Of a DNA stretch of 33,542 nucleotides, positions 1 through 12,957 are shown in pieces. The DNA lies in the NCBI RefSeq assembly GCF_001194135.2, contig NC_068984.1, positions 29,800,351 through 29,833,892 of the forward strand, written 5' to 3'. The stretch is from Octopus bimaculoides. Its lineage: Eukaryota. Both the position numbers and the translations under genes were made by a program. Under the pieces are notes generated by a model. That model worked only from the letters and a program-made list of their open reading frames with translations, had not been told where the DNA came from and did no database searches. Positions within the stretch are counted from its first letter, which is position 1; every line of letters begins with the position of its first letter.

Positions 1-302
1 CTATTTAGCAATTCTGTTAGAGGTGTGAGTGCCAGGCAGAACAGGAGTGGAGAGAGCGTGTCTCCCTGGAATATTCCTCTTCTAATGGGGATGGCTTTCG
101 TTTTCACAAGTCCCTCTTTTGTTTGGAGCTGTAGCACTGTCTGCCATTTGTTCATTGAGTGCTCTATGTATTTTATGATAATTGGTGCCACCTTGTTTAT
201 GGCTAGTGTTTCCAGAATCCACGTGTGGGGAACACTGTCGAAAGCCTTTTGGTAGTCCACCCAGGCCATACTGAGGCCTTTCTTCTTTCTGCGGCTGTCT
301 TC
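1..302 (-). mobile_element. R4/Dong-clade non-LTR retrotransposon, reverse transcriptase fragment (5'-truncated, runs off the window start)
   Basis: Minus-strand translation of 299->3 is stop-free: DSRRKKKGLSMAWVDYQKAFDSVPHTWILETLAINKVAPIIIKYIEHSMNKWQTVLQLQTKEGLVKTKAIPIRRGIFQGDTLSPLLFCLALTPLTELLN. It carries the RT motifs AWxDYxKAFDSVPH and RGIFQGDxLSPLLF typical of the R4 clade. The 5' junction abuts a (TAA)n tract. Confidence 0.9.
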
Positions 303-303
303 A

Positions 304-350
<47 letters not shown>

Positions 351-500
351 TACTACTATTATTATGATTACTAGTAATAGTATTATTATTATTAGTAGTA
401 GTATTAGTAATATTCGTCGTCGTCGTAGTAGTAGTAGCAGTAGTAGTAGTAGTAGTAGTAGCAATAGCAACAGTCGCAATAATAGTAGTTACAGCAGTAG
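303..500. repeat. Compound trinucleotide microsatellite (TTA)n/(CTA)n/(GTA)n/(GTC)n
   Basis: Directly visible tandem triplets; source of the poly-N/T ORF 301..594. Confidence 0.95.
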
Positions 501-2979
501 CAATTAGCACATACTGGTATGTTGTAGATACATGCTTTAGTTTGCAATTACTCGAACCACATTCGAATGTTTTGCATATTGATATTAGCACCACATTTCC
601 CCGCCAGATTTCTGCCCGCTCAAACTAACATCTCAGAAGTTTTTAGACAGTGTTATCTTCTCCAGTATAGCAAAAGCGTTTATAAAATATTCATTTGCGT
701 TGTGGTGTCTCATAGATTGCTATATCAACACTACCTTGTTCTGAATTTTGTCTGGATGTTGCATTCATTTAGTATTGCTTCGCTACTTTCCTGAACATTT
801 TGCTGGTGCTATATCCTAGATACCGGCAATTTGTATGATGGAACGTGATTCGTGATGGCGGAGATTGTAATCGTTTTAGGCATGCCTTTCGCCATCACTA
901 TCTAAGTGGATTACTTTGAATATATTCTGCAAAGTTAATATTAGCTAGGGGTTTCCAAAGTGATAGATGCTTTTTTAAACGAATTTATATTGAGTACTTG
1001 AAGTTTGATAACTAACGAACATTTTTGTTTCTTTCCTCTTATGTCCTTTTGGTAGACAAACTCAGAATATCCCTATCAAGAAGTTTGTGTTCATGAAGTC
1101 ACTCATTTTCTAGTATTCTCTCATTGCTTTTTCTATATAGTTGTGGATATGTTCTGCATTATTTCTTGAGTTATTCTTTCCGAATCGTGCAGAAATATAT
1201 ATGAAATATTCATAATATAAAAGTTTATTTACTTCAAATTTGTTCAACACATATACTTAAATGTAAGCTTATAAAAATATTTTCCTCGATTTACTATTAT
1301 TGTATAGAGAATGAAAGCTTCGCTACTCTAACGTGGTACCATAAAACATTACATTTTTAGTTCTTTCACTTAATATCAATTAATATTTATTATATAACAT
1401 TCCACAGATGCAACCGTCATTTTATAAATAAAGGAATTTGTGACCATTGGGGTGATGTATAAGGTGTTGTCAAATTCTAAAATTCTGTTCAGGTAGTATT
1501 TTACTTCTTTACCGTCATGAATATTGTTGAATCTATAAATACATAAAGAGCTAGCGGTTTTCCAGTTTTAAACATTATATTTCCCATCATTGTTGTTTAC
1601 ATCTGATTGCATTCATTCGCTCCTTTTCCACCAATGGATATTTTTCCGTAAGCGTCGATGTTGAAATATGCAAGCCTTCGTCAGTTCATACAAGAATGAA
1701 TGGCTTTAATAATATTTCTAGAATCTGCATCCTTAGTTCAAAATTATAATATTAAGGTATAATGATAGTGGTTTAATGAGATCAATATATCATATCTGAA
1801 TGGTGTTATCTGCTAATAATGTACTTCCCCCTTACTGGCTTTTATTCTTTAATCTCTTTTAATAATGCAAGAAACCACATCTACGTGGTATTTTATACCA
1901 GATGTTTTATTGTTGTAGATTCTGTCCAATTATCACTTTACGTTTCCTGAATTCTTTTAAGATACTCTTACCTTGTTATATATTTACTTATTCATTCAAT
2001 TCTTCTCTTCTACTTCTTTCACTTGAACTGTTTTCCTCTCTCCCTCCACCGTTATGCAAGCATTTGCTTTCATAATATGGGAGCTGTCATTAATCCTATA
2101 TTTATTGATGTATTTCAATATTCTTTGCACACCCAGAATTGCAATTTAAAACTTATTATCTTAATAAATGAGAGATATTTCATAGTTTTCCTAATTTTAA
2201 AATCTTCTTTATGAAAATAGAAACTTGCAGGGAATGAAACTAATTGTTATTAATATTTGACTTCAACGAAAATTCTCGATTCAGCCTAATATTCAATTAC
2301 TTTATTACTCTTTCGTAAGAAGAATGTAACAAGAAAAACAATAGTGACATTTTAAAAACTGAGAATATTTAGTTCAAATATATATTACACGACAAACTAA
2401 AAGCTAGAAACAATGATTCATAGTCGAAAATAAATTTGGTTTTAAGATGACCTGTACAAAATAACTATTTTGCTACCCATGTACGAGGAACCTTTAGGTA
2501 AGTAGACCTTAAAAATATAGACTATGAAATATAATCACGATTACACGTAAACAGTACTTCCATATACAGACAGCAATCCCTGATGTTTGAAATATGTACA
2601 AAAAGCTATTGCATTTAGAGAAACTCTTTTACCGTATTCTTTATAAAGAATGTATTTATCTTTCCGGTATGTACATTGCTTCTGAACAGTATAGAATTTA
2701 CTGTATTCTTCGTATTTCTTTAGTTGTTATTGTTGATGCCATTCTTGTTGCTACTGCAGTGGAAGTTGGAAACGGTGAAGGTGTAGATGGAACGTAGTTT
2801 TCTAATAACTCCGCTGCTTTTTGCACAATTTAATGAATAGAATCTTTACAGTCCTATGACTCTGTAGGAAAACTTGTCTGAAGAGAAATGTAGACGACAA
2901 TATGATAATATATCTAGAAATATAAATACAAAGATATAAACAGTTGCATACATGTAATTCTCTCTCAAACACGTATATA

Positions 2980-3036
2980 TAAATGTGTATGTGTGCGTGT
3001 ATATATATATATATATATATACACACACATACACGC

Positions 3037-3074
<38 letters not shown>

Positions 3075-3084
3075 NNNNNNNNNN

Positions 3085-3171
<87 letters not shown>

Positions 3172-3570
3172 ACACACATATATACATATACATACATTAA
3201 TACATAGACTCATACATACACACCTACATAATACATACACACATACATGCATACACATAAAGCCAAATGCGAATGTTCATATAAATACACGCTTAGGTTT
3301 GCTTGTGTATGTGTGCGCTGTCTCCATAAAATTGAGAAAAAATATGCATATAATGATTCGAATAAATGTCGACGTATAGATGCATACAATAGCTTCACAA
3401 ACAATCAAACACACAAACTCACACATGCACACACACGCGTACATACACGCACACACACTCACATATGAATACCTGTCCAGTGCATATAATTCACACATGT
3501 GCAAGTACAATTACAAAGCTACACACATGTGCTTGTGTATGTGTAGGTTTGTGTGTGTGTGTGTGTGTGT
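2980..3570. repeat. (TA)n/(CA)n/(TG)n microsatellite region with a small gap at 3075-3084
   Basis: Visible dinucleotide tracts. Confidence 0.9.
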
Positions 3571-4214
3571 NNNNNNNNNNNNNNNNNNNNNNNNNNNNNN
3601 NNNNNNNNNNNNNNNNNNNNNNNNNNNNNNNNNNNNNNNNNNNNNNNNNNNNNNNNNNNNNNNNNNNNNNNNNNNNNNNNNNNNNNNNNNNNNNNNNNNN
3701 NNNNNNNNNNNNNNNNNNNNNNNNNNNNNNNNNNNNNNNNNNNNNNNNNNNNNNNNNNNNNNNNNNNNNNNNNNNNNNNNNNNNNNNNNNNNNNNNNNNN
3801 NNNNNNNNNNNNNNNNNNNNNNNNNNNNNNNNNNNNNNNNNNNNNNNNNNNNNNNNNNNNNNNNNNNNNNNNNNNNNNNNNNNNNNNNNNNNNNNNNNNN
3901 NNNNNNNNNNNNNNNNNNNNNNNNNNNNNNNNNNNNNNNNNNNNNNNNNNNNNNNNNNNNNNNNNNNNNNNNNNNNNNNNNNNNNNNNNNNNNNNNNNNN
4001 NNNNNNNNNNNNNNNNNNNNNNNNNNNNNNNNNNNNNNNNNNNNNNNNNNNNNNNNNNNNNNNNNNNNNNNNNNNNNNNNNNNNNNNNNNNNNNNNNNNN
4101 NNNNNNNNNNNNNNNNNNNNNNNNNNNNNNNNNNNNNNNNNNNNNNNNNNNNNNNNNNNNNNNNNNNNNNNNNNNNNNNNNNNNNNNNNNNNNNNNNNNN
4201 NNNNNNNNNNNNNN
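3571..4214. other. Assembly gap (N-run). Other gaps: 3075-3084, 13004-13444, 14464-14640, 18524-18828, 20348-20477, 31460-31744
   Basis: N characters; almost all gap edges are microsatellites. Confidence 1.
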
Positions 4215-5034
4215 ATATATATATATATATAGATATACATATATATTTATATATATGCAATCTATATATATATATGCATATATTTATGTCTATATAAATA
4301 CATACATACATATATGGAGATATATATATATATGTACATATATATCATACTCAGTGGCCATCGACCATGTTCTGTTGACATAAACATAAATAATGGAACC
4401 TCAAAACACAGGAATATTGGTATATGTTGCTGTGATTCTGTATTTTTGGGAAGAAGAAATCAGTCTTGCAGTATAATATTTCTTTACGCAAATGAATAAA
4501 AATAAACGTTAATATGAGCAACAATATAACTTATTTGAAAAGTAAAAAATACTGTTTTAAACTTATATATCTCTTGAACAAAATTAATTGAGGAATTCTT
4601 TCTGCAATGTGGTTACATTTATTCTATTAAAACAATCGAAATTTGATTCTTCGTCGCAGTCAGATATACGATTCCACCTAGAAACATAAATTCTCCCTCA
4701 TTGATTTTGGGTAGTTTATAGTAGTTGAATAACTGATAATCTAATAATTCAATTGTTCGCATATATTATCTATCTATTCTTACATTTATTTGAAGCAAAT
4801 ATTAAGAGACTGAAAGATTATGCAAACATTATTTTATTTTCGTGTTTGTACATACACATATATATATATGTATTAGTATGTTACTATTAAGCGTATACCA
4901 TAATTTGTCATACACGTATATGTTTATGAATTTTAGTTAACCCAGGCGAAGATGGTTTATATATACTTTCCTTCTCTCTATATGCGTCTGTGTTTATGTA
5001 TAAATATATAGATACATTTATATAAATAGATATT

Positions 5035-5475
<441 letters not shown>

Positions 5476-7685
5476 TTTGAGAGAATTGTTTGAACAACTT
5501 GAAATCTGAAACTCAGTTATGTTTCAAGAGGTTCTTCAGTGCGCAGACTAAATTGTAAACTATTCTCGGAAAGTGATAGTAAATGCTGGGGTAAATAGCT
5601 GTCATGATTCACGACCTGCTCTAAACACTTCAAGATGGGATACATTTATGACTTTTACACTTCCACCGTATATAATATTACTCGAAAAATAAAGTTTCAA
5701 ATCGAAATATATCGTCTGAAATTCCAATCGTATTTTTTTTATCTAATTTTCTTTGAACATTTACTTTCTCGAACTGCATTAGTGTTCATTTCCTCTTTTG
5801 TATAAGTACCAAGAAGTTTTATAGAAATTAAATTATTATTACTGTATGTATGTCATATTTTCCGATAGCACCCATGGTAGCAAAAGTCAACTTCCAATGA
5901 CGTGTAATACACTAGTAAGGATATAATACATTATTTTTACGATGTTTTTTTTTCTGAGAATACATTTTAACAGAAAGCTGTACTAATGTGTTATATAATA
6001 ATCCAAGTATACCTCAACTGGTCTATCATGGAGCCAACTAGTACCACCACTAGTAGCTCAGTCTGAAATAGTAAATACAAGCTTCAAAATATCTAATGAA
6101 TCATTAGTACTATATCTTCTGAATGAAAGTTTATATATATCTTCACACATAGCATCCATTATACCTACCAATGCCTATTAGTAGTAGAATAATTACAATA
6201 GTATGTACAAGAAAGCACTAAGTCGGAAAAAGAATTATTTTCCTGGATTTGAATACATATTTCTCTGTATATTATTTGCATTCCCAGTAGCACAAATTTC
6301 GTCCACTGATAATTGTTACAGATAATATTTTTATCGTTCTGATTTTTAAAAAAATACTGCATAGATGAAGCTTAAATCAGTGAACACATAGCGATTCCCT
6401 TGATGGAATAATTTAGTTTTGAATTTATGTATTCAAAATTTACGTGAAGGTATGCGCCTCACTTTAAAAACGGAATCAATAAGAACATTTCTTCTGGGAG
6501 ATCTGAAATGATCTTGAAAAAATCTCACATTATATTATTGTATAAGTAATAGTTTTTCTAAGAATGGTGACTATCCTGTTCTTTTATCTCTTTAGAATTT
6601 TACACAAAAGAAATTATAATATTAATATCTCTGCCAAGAGAGTTAGATACGTTCCCGCTTAATAACCAAGCACTATAGTCATCAATGATGTTAAGGAGTG
6701 TTTTAAAGAAAACATCTCACTAATGTTCCTTATTGTATGAAGAGACAAACGAACACATTAAAATATAAATTGAGAAATCATTTCTTATTTCTTTGCATTT
6801 GAATGTATCAATATTAAACTATCTGTTACGCAAGCATTCTTTGAAAGAACAAACTTAAACTACTTCGCTTGTGACTGTGCATGCCAACTGCGAATTTTTT
6901 TTAGTTTTAATACTGTGTATTATTTGCTATCAACCAATAAATAGTATCAACGATTAAATAGTAGTTTATTGACTTGTCATTGTATTTATTGTCCAAAATA
7001 TATACCCGCATATCACACACATTCTTGTAGACACAGCGGTTAAGAGTAATTTTGTTCATAAAATACATTACTTATTAATAATGGTTTCTAACATGAAATT
7101 ACTTATCACTTTATACTAGAAAATCTGATATGTAACAGCAATAAAATTTCTGCTGGAAGAACTGTTAATGAATATATCTGGAATATACATATATTTCAAC
7201 TCACTTAAGTCATGTAGATATTATTTAGATATTAATATTTGTGGTAATATATGCATTTAATAAATCTCGCACTCCTATAAAGATCTAACAGTCTTATACT
7301 GCATTACAGTGTAAAAATATTTACTCCTCTATTTGTTTTAGTCAGTTGACTGCGGCCATGCTGGAGCACCGCCTTTAGTCGAACAAATACCTCCAGGGCT
7401 TATTCTTTGTAAGCCTAGTACTTATTCTATCGGTGAGGGGACAAACACAGACATGCAAGCATACACACACGCACACAAATACACACACATCACACACACA
7501 CACACATACACACACACACACATACACACACACACATACACATACGATGGACTTCTTTCAGTTTCCGTCTACTAAATCCACTCATAAGGCTTTGGTCGGT
7601 CCGTAGCTATAGTAGAAAACACTTACTCAAGGTGCCACGCAATGGGACTGAATCTGGAACCATGTGGTTGGTAAGCAAACTACTT

Positions 7686-8211
7686 TATTTCATAAAATTG
7701 GCTATTCAGCCTGACAAAGATGTAGCTGTGGGCTGGACAAAGACACAATGATGATGGAATAAAAGAAATGGTTGATGGGAGAAGCAAACAACGCCCGCTG
7801 ATTGTTGCATTCTCGAAAACAGTGTTCCCACATGAAACAAAATGAGGTATTGAGACTCTTACCTCAGTTCAAAATGGACGAAATCGTCCTTACAAATTGA
7901 GACGCCGAGCCTCTTACCAAAAAAATACAAACAAATTCAAATTGAAGCACTAAGGCCTCTTAACTTTCCTCCCCGACCAGGCTATCTGCCTCCTTCAGGC
8001 AATCCTGCAGTTCTAAGTCGGAGCCTCAGCAAGCAAGACTGTATTGGTCCTTGGTAAAAGAGTCCATCACCCTGAACATTTCAACCTCTGTCAGGACATA
8101 CGCAGTTACCTGCGGAGGCCAAACCGAGACTTCAGTCCAGGACAGGACCCCCACCCTCCGGCCCTCTAGCTTCTTCACAAAGCTGTGTACCACCTCTCCC
8201 TTATGAAAGTC
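7686..8211 (-). mobile_element. 5'-truncated non-LTR retroelement 3' end, unit 1 (family unassigned; Tx1-like candidate)
   Basis: ORF remnant 8208->7960: FHKGEVVHSFVKKLEGRRVGVLSWTEVSVWPPQVTAYVLTEVEMFRVMDSFTKDQYSLAC*GSDLELQDCLKEADSLVGEES*. It is followed by a ~270-bp 3' UTR ending GCCAATTTTATGAAATAAA at the target motif. Homologous to unit 2. Confidence 0.65.
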
Positions 8212-8223
8212 AGCAAGCTACTT

Positions 8224-8696
8224 TATTTCATTTTATTGGCCATGACGGCCTTACACAGAAAAAAAGGAGCAATGTGGGCTGGATAATTACATTAATGAAA
8301 TGAAAATGAAAAATTCCGAATGATATAAATGAGAGGGGTATTCGGCGCCCGCCGACCAAAGCCCCCTCGAAATCATTGTTCTTTTGAAACACAATTAAAG
8401 TCAATACAAATTCATCAAATGAATATAAAATTAAAACGTTCACAAATCCAATTAAAAATTAGTCCTCTTCATCCGGGCCCCCAAGCAAGATTCCTGCTGC
8501 CTGCAAGAAAGCCTGCATTGGCTGGCCCGGATCAATGGAGGCAAAGTTCTCCTTGTCGCAAATATTTTCAATCTCAGTCTTTTCGCTGACATTTATGGCC
8601 TCCGCACACACTTGCGGAGGCCAACTTGGATGGTCTATAACGACCGAGTCGTAACGTTGTCTTTTCAAAACAACATCCAAATAAAACTCAACGGGA
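8224..8696 (-). mobile_element. 5'-truncated non-LTR retroelement 3' end, unit 2 (same superfamily as unit 1)
   Basis: ORF remnant 8696->8459: ...VEFYLDVVLKRQRYDSVVIDHPSWPPQVCAEAINVSEKTEIENICDKENFASIDPGQPMQAFLQAAGILLGGPDEED*. The ~235-bp 3' UTR contains TCCAGCCCACA and ends GCCAATAAAATGAAATAAA. TSD AAACTACTT at 7677-7685 and 8697-8705. Confidence 0.65.
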
Positions 8697-10323
8697 AAAC
8701 TACTTCCCACACAACCACTCCTGCGCACAGTCACTTTTGCATCTAGTTAAAAATTAGGATATTGGCGTTCGCTGTTGTAAAATAGAATATATGTCAATAA
8801 AAAACTGTTACTGAATTTAAGAATATTTCGAGCCAAAATATCAACGGAGTCTATATTAAACTCGGATTTTATAATGATATACTTGTGAAGAGAGGAAGGG
8901 AGTAGAAGGTATCGATAAGCAATATGGGAGAGAGAGAGAAAAGATAATAAAAATGAAACAGTATCATTTGAGTGAGGGTAAGAAAATCTCCAATGAAACA
9001 CGTTTTAATATATCCGATCAACGGCGGAAGTTTTACTTATTTAGGCAACCAGACAGATAAATATTTTTTGTCGGAACTCATGACAATTTTGTCAATCGTC
9101 TCCACTGAGAACGTTTTCTGCAAATGCTTTCTAGCTTTCATTCACGATCATTTATTTTCTTTTCAATAAATTATTAAGGTTTACATGATAACATTTAAAT
9201 TACAATGATAAGCATTTAAATCAAAGTCAAATATCCAACGTCCACTATTGTCTTAACTACCTTGTTCAGCCCTTAGTGATTGAAATGTAGAGTAGAACTA
9301 GAGGTACGCTAAAATCCGTCAGGACGACATTTGGAAGGTGTTTGCCTACTACGAGCTGCACTCTGTTAAAAAGTGGAGGAACACCTTTCCTCGTGCGCAA
9401 AAACCATTATCTTCATTTCACATTGATGTTATTGTTAAGCTATAGAACAACTGGTATTAAGTAGATGTAGTTGAAATTAATTAAACACGCATTTTAGCGT
9501 GCTCAAGTGAACTTACACGCTCTTTCCTTATTTAATATGTTCGGCAATAATTTGAATGAAATATGCTTGCTTTTGCTAACATGCCTAGCAAACAGAGAGG
9601 TATCCAATGTCAGATCTTCTGAAGTGTCATATGGAAAAAATCTTATAAAAGCTTAAGATGCTTAATGATAGTTAATTGTTGTTAGAGGTAATAAAAATGA
9701 TCGACACCGTTAAGGTTAATATTTCTAAAACAACATGGAAGTATATATTTGCAATTAGTGATTACAATTTTTTTAACGTACATATTTTTCCTTCAATAAT
9801 TACATTTTAAACCTTAGTTTATTCACCATATGTGTCGCCTCTTCTCCAACTTTCAATTTTCTATACAAAGTAAAAACAAATATTTTCTTACCATGCGAGA
9901 ATCGATTTTCTATTTAGATATGGAGGGAAAATAATATCTGAAACAATCTAAAGAAAAATTATACGTAAAACTAATATTCGGACATTTCGGTAGAACACGT
10001 AAAAATAGCTGAATAACTAAGTCTTTTAATCTCTGATTCTCATATAAATGATTGTGTATCATATGAATAAGATAAGATAGCACAAACCACTGCGACATTT
10101 CATAGGGATTTACCTAGAATCAAGCAAATACTATCTTTTCAGTCTTATCAGAAACTTAATCACATATATATTCCTAGACAATCACATCCTACGGCACACT
10201 TCCCAATACAACAGTTACACACGCTTGCGCGAGTGTGTGTGTGTGTCGGTATGAATATATAATATAGACATATGTATGATGAGTATACATTCATGCATAC
10301 ACACGCATATATATGTCCAGAAA

Positions 10324-10407
<84 letters not shown>
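10324..10407. repeat. (GA)n microsatellite
   Basis: Near-perfect GA tandem tract. Confidence 0.95.
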
Positions 10408-10410
<3 letters not shown>

Positions 10411-10734
10411 AAAGAGAGAAAGAAGAGATTCTATTTGTCATATGACTTATAAAATTGTAATAAACCGATGAGCTATGTTTGAAGTGTGGAAATCTATATA
10501 TAATATTAATTTTATCCCTAACTTTTTCTGAAACTGTTATATTGCAGTTTTCGATATTCCGATTAAAGTACAGTATATTTTGTACGTATGTCATTGTTCA
10601 GTTTTATTTCAGGATTTCTTGCCAATAGAGAAAGTGCCACTTTCTAACATAGATTCAAGGCTCCTTCATTGGCGTTTCAACATCAACAACAAGGTGTTTT
10701 TCTCTGCATGTATATATGTATGCATAAGTGCAAA

Positions 10735-11710
10735 TTTGTATGTTATGCTTTATGTATGTATTCTTATGCATATACTTGCATATCTAGTCTCCTTTTTATG
10801 ATGAAAATATGTGTGTGTGCGTGTGTGTATGTCATTATTCATATACTTGCTTATATTGGCATGCTCATATATATTTAAATAATAAATTTCTGGAACGTTT
10901 TTCATATTTTACCGTACCAGTGATAGCTTGGGACTGTAGTCTTCGAATCAGATTTCTCCTTTCTGGTTTTGAGAAGTCTAATTTCTCAAGATTGGTATTT
11001 AGGTAGTGTGTTACATATCCCACTGCCCCAATAATTACACGTATAAACCTGAACTTGTAATCTGGATAGAGTAATTGCAGATTTTTCAATAGTTCAGCGT
11101 AGGTATTCTCTTTTTCGTTGGTCTTCAACTTTATATTAACATCCGATTGGAGCTCATTTCCACAACTGTGCACAATTTCTCTTCTCTATACCAAATCATT
11201 ATATAAGGTCTATTGTGTTTATATTTTATTGAGGTTTTCAGTGGGACATTCCTTTTTATTATGAATGGCTATGATCTCTATCATATTGTGGGTTCGAATT
11301 ACTTTGTCCTCAGTGTTATCCTTTCCACGGATTTCGTTATGTAATGACCTAGCTACAACATCATGTCTCATCGGTAGATAATACTGTGATGACAACTGCT
11401 TATGTTGTGGGAGATATCTTCGGTGTTAACTCCACAAATCTGCATCGGTTGTTACGTTTTACTGTTTTTCCTGTATCTCTGTCGCTTTTGTGCATCAGGT
11501 ATTAAGTTGATATTTCCTGCTCCTGCATTGCAAACGTATGCCTATCAAAGTAGGAGGTAGTAATCCAGATCTTGGTCCCTGATGATCAATGTTACTATCA
11601 TCTCTGAGCTTTGTATTAACATATCCATGCATGGTTGGTCTTCTTCTCATTACTATCATCCTTCCATCTGATGATATGTTGCGGTAGAGTCGTGTGACTT
11701 CTTTGGGCAT
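10735..11710 (-). mobile_element. R4/Dong-clade non-LTR retrotransposon 3' fragment (CCHC zinc knuckle + restriction-like endonuclease + 3' UTR), degenerate
   Basis: Frameshifted minus-strand translation: ...MHGY...FAMQEQEIST*YL...CRF(C)GVNTEDISHNISSC...RHDVVAR...EKENTYAELLKNLQLLYPDYKFRFIRVIIGAVGYV. These are RLE-clade C-terminal motifs. The 5' junction abuts (TATG)n at 11711-11728. Confidence 0.85.
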
Positions 11711-12142
11711 ATATGTATGTATGTATGTGTGCACGTATATATACATGTAAGTCACTTATGTTTCTCTCTCATCTCTTTTCCCTTTTCATTTCTGATACTC
11801 TCCTTTACAGCTAACTGTTTGACTATTAAGATTTTGTAAGTATCCAGTAGGCCTTTATTTCACCTTTGCATGCTGTGTCATTTAGCCTTTTCATTCCACA
11901 GAAACATACCATCTGAAGGTGATACTGTTGATTAAAATACAAAAGATTAGGTTAATAGTCAGACGAAACCATACTATCTCCATAATGGCAATAGATACCA
12001 CATTATCATACATTATTTTCTAAATCTGTTTCTATCATTTTGTGTCAATTATTCTTTTCGCAAACTCACGCACATCACTGTATTTGTAGTTATATGCACA
12101 CGCACACAGACACACAAACACACAAACACATACACACACACA

Positions 12143-12588
12143 TTCTTTTATTCTTTTACTTGTTTCAGTCATTTTGACAGCGGCTATGCTGGAGCACCGC
12201 CTTTAGTCGAACAAATCGACCCCAGAACTTATTCTTTGTAAGCGTACCACTTATTCTATTGGTCTTTATTGCCGAACCGCTATGTTACGTAGACCTAAAC
12301 GCGCCAACATTGTGCAGATTGTGGAGGGACAAACACAGAAACACAAATACATACATACACACATGCATATATAAATATATATATATACATATATACATAC
12401 ATACATACATATGTATGTGTATATATATATATATACACATACATACACATATATATGACGGGCTTCTTTCAGTATCCGTCAACCAAGACCACCCACACGG
12501 CTTTGGCCGGTCCGAGGCTATAGTAGAAGACACTTGCTCAAGTTGCCACGTTGTGGGACTGAACCGGGAACCATGTGACTGGGAAGCA
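12143..12588 (-). mobile_element. tRNA-derived SINE (family A), head truncated
   Basis: Colinear homology to 7322-7676 (GCTGGAGCACCGCCTTTAGTCGAACAAAT..., GGCTATAGTAGAAGACACTTGCTCAAG, GGGACTGAACCGGGAACCATGTG). Homology ends at ...GGGAAGCA. Confidence 0.9.
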
Positions 12589-12957
12589 TATATATACATA
12601 CATATATACACAAAACAGATTTGCATCATGTATGTTTCATGTATTAAATATGAAGCATACAACACGCACAAACTTAATTTATTTTTCCTTGTTCGATTTT
12701 ATTTTTTTTGCGTGTCCATCATTGTATTCGTCTAGCACGACTTGCTACTTTCTCTCGCTGCTCTCATTTAGCTTATCTATTTTTTTCCTTATATTTCTGT
12801 CACTTCTAATTTTCTTTTCTTCGTTTCATTTTTAACCATCTGCATCCATTTACCATTTCTATTTCTTCGTGGTTATCATGTCTATGTTCATCGTTACCTC
12901 CATTACCATCGTCATTATTGTACAAATAATTTGTTTCTCTTTTCCTTATTCAGTGTC

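Larger units (their letters stand above)
7322..8727 (-). mobile_element. tRNA-derived SINE (family A), full length, interrupted by a ~1-kb insertion at 7686-8696
   Basis: The minus-strand head begins GCGCAGGAGTGGTTGTGTGGGAAGTAG (A-box-like TGGTTGTGTGG) and resumes after the insert as ...TTTGCTTACCAACCACATGGTTCCAGATTCAGTCCC (B-box-like, 7644-7654). Body and tail (7322-7676) are homologous to the copy at 12143-12588, including the internal CA microsatellite. Confidence 0.85.

Noticed and set aside
540-2250. Possible very old minus-strand LINE relic (e.g. YEYFIYISARFGKNN...HIHNYIEKA, NNKTSGI)
   Set aside because: Only faint motif resemblance with many stops and no unambiguous RT motif; needs an HMM search.
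7600-8730. SINE heads as bona fide tRNA genes (also 20.2 and 26.7 kb)
   Set aside because: They are degenerate, have no complete cloverleaf that I could fold, and continue into SINE bodies and tails.
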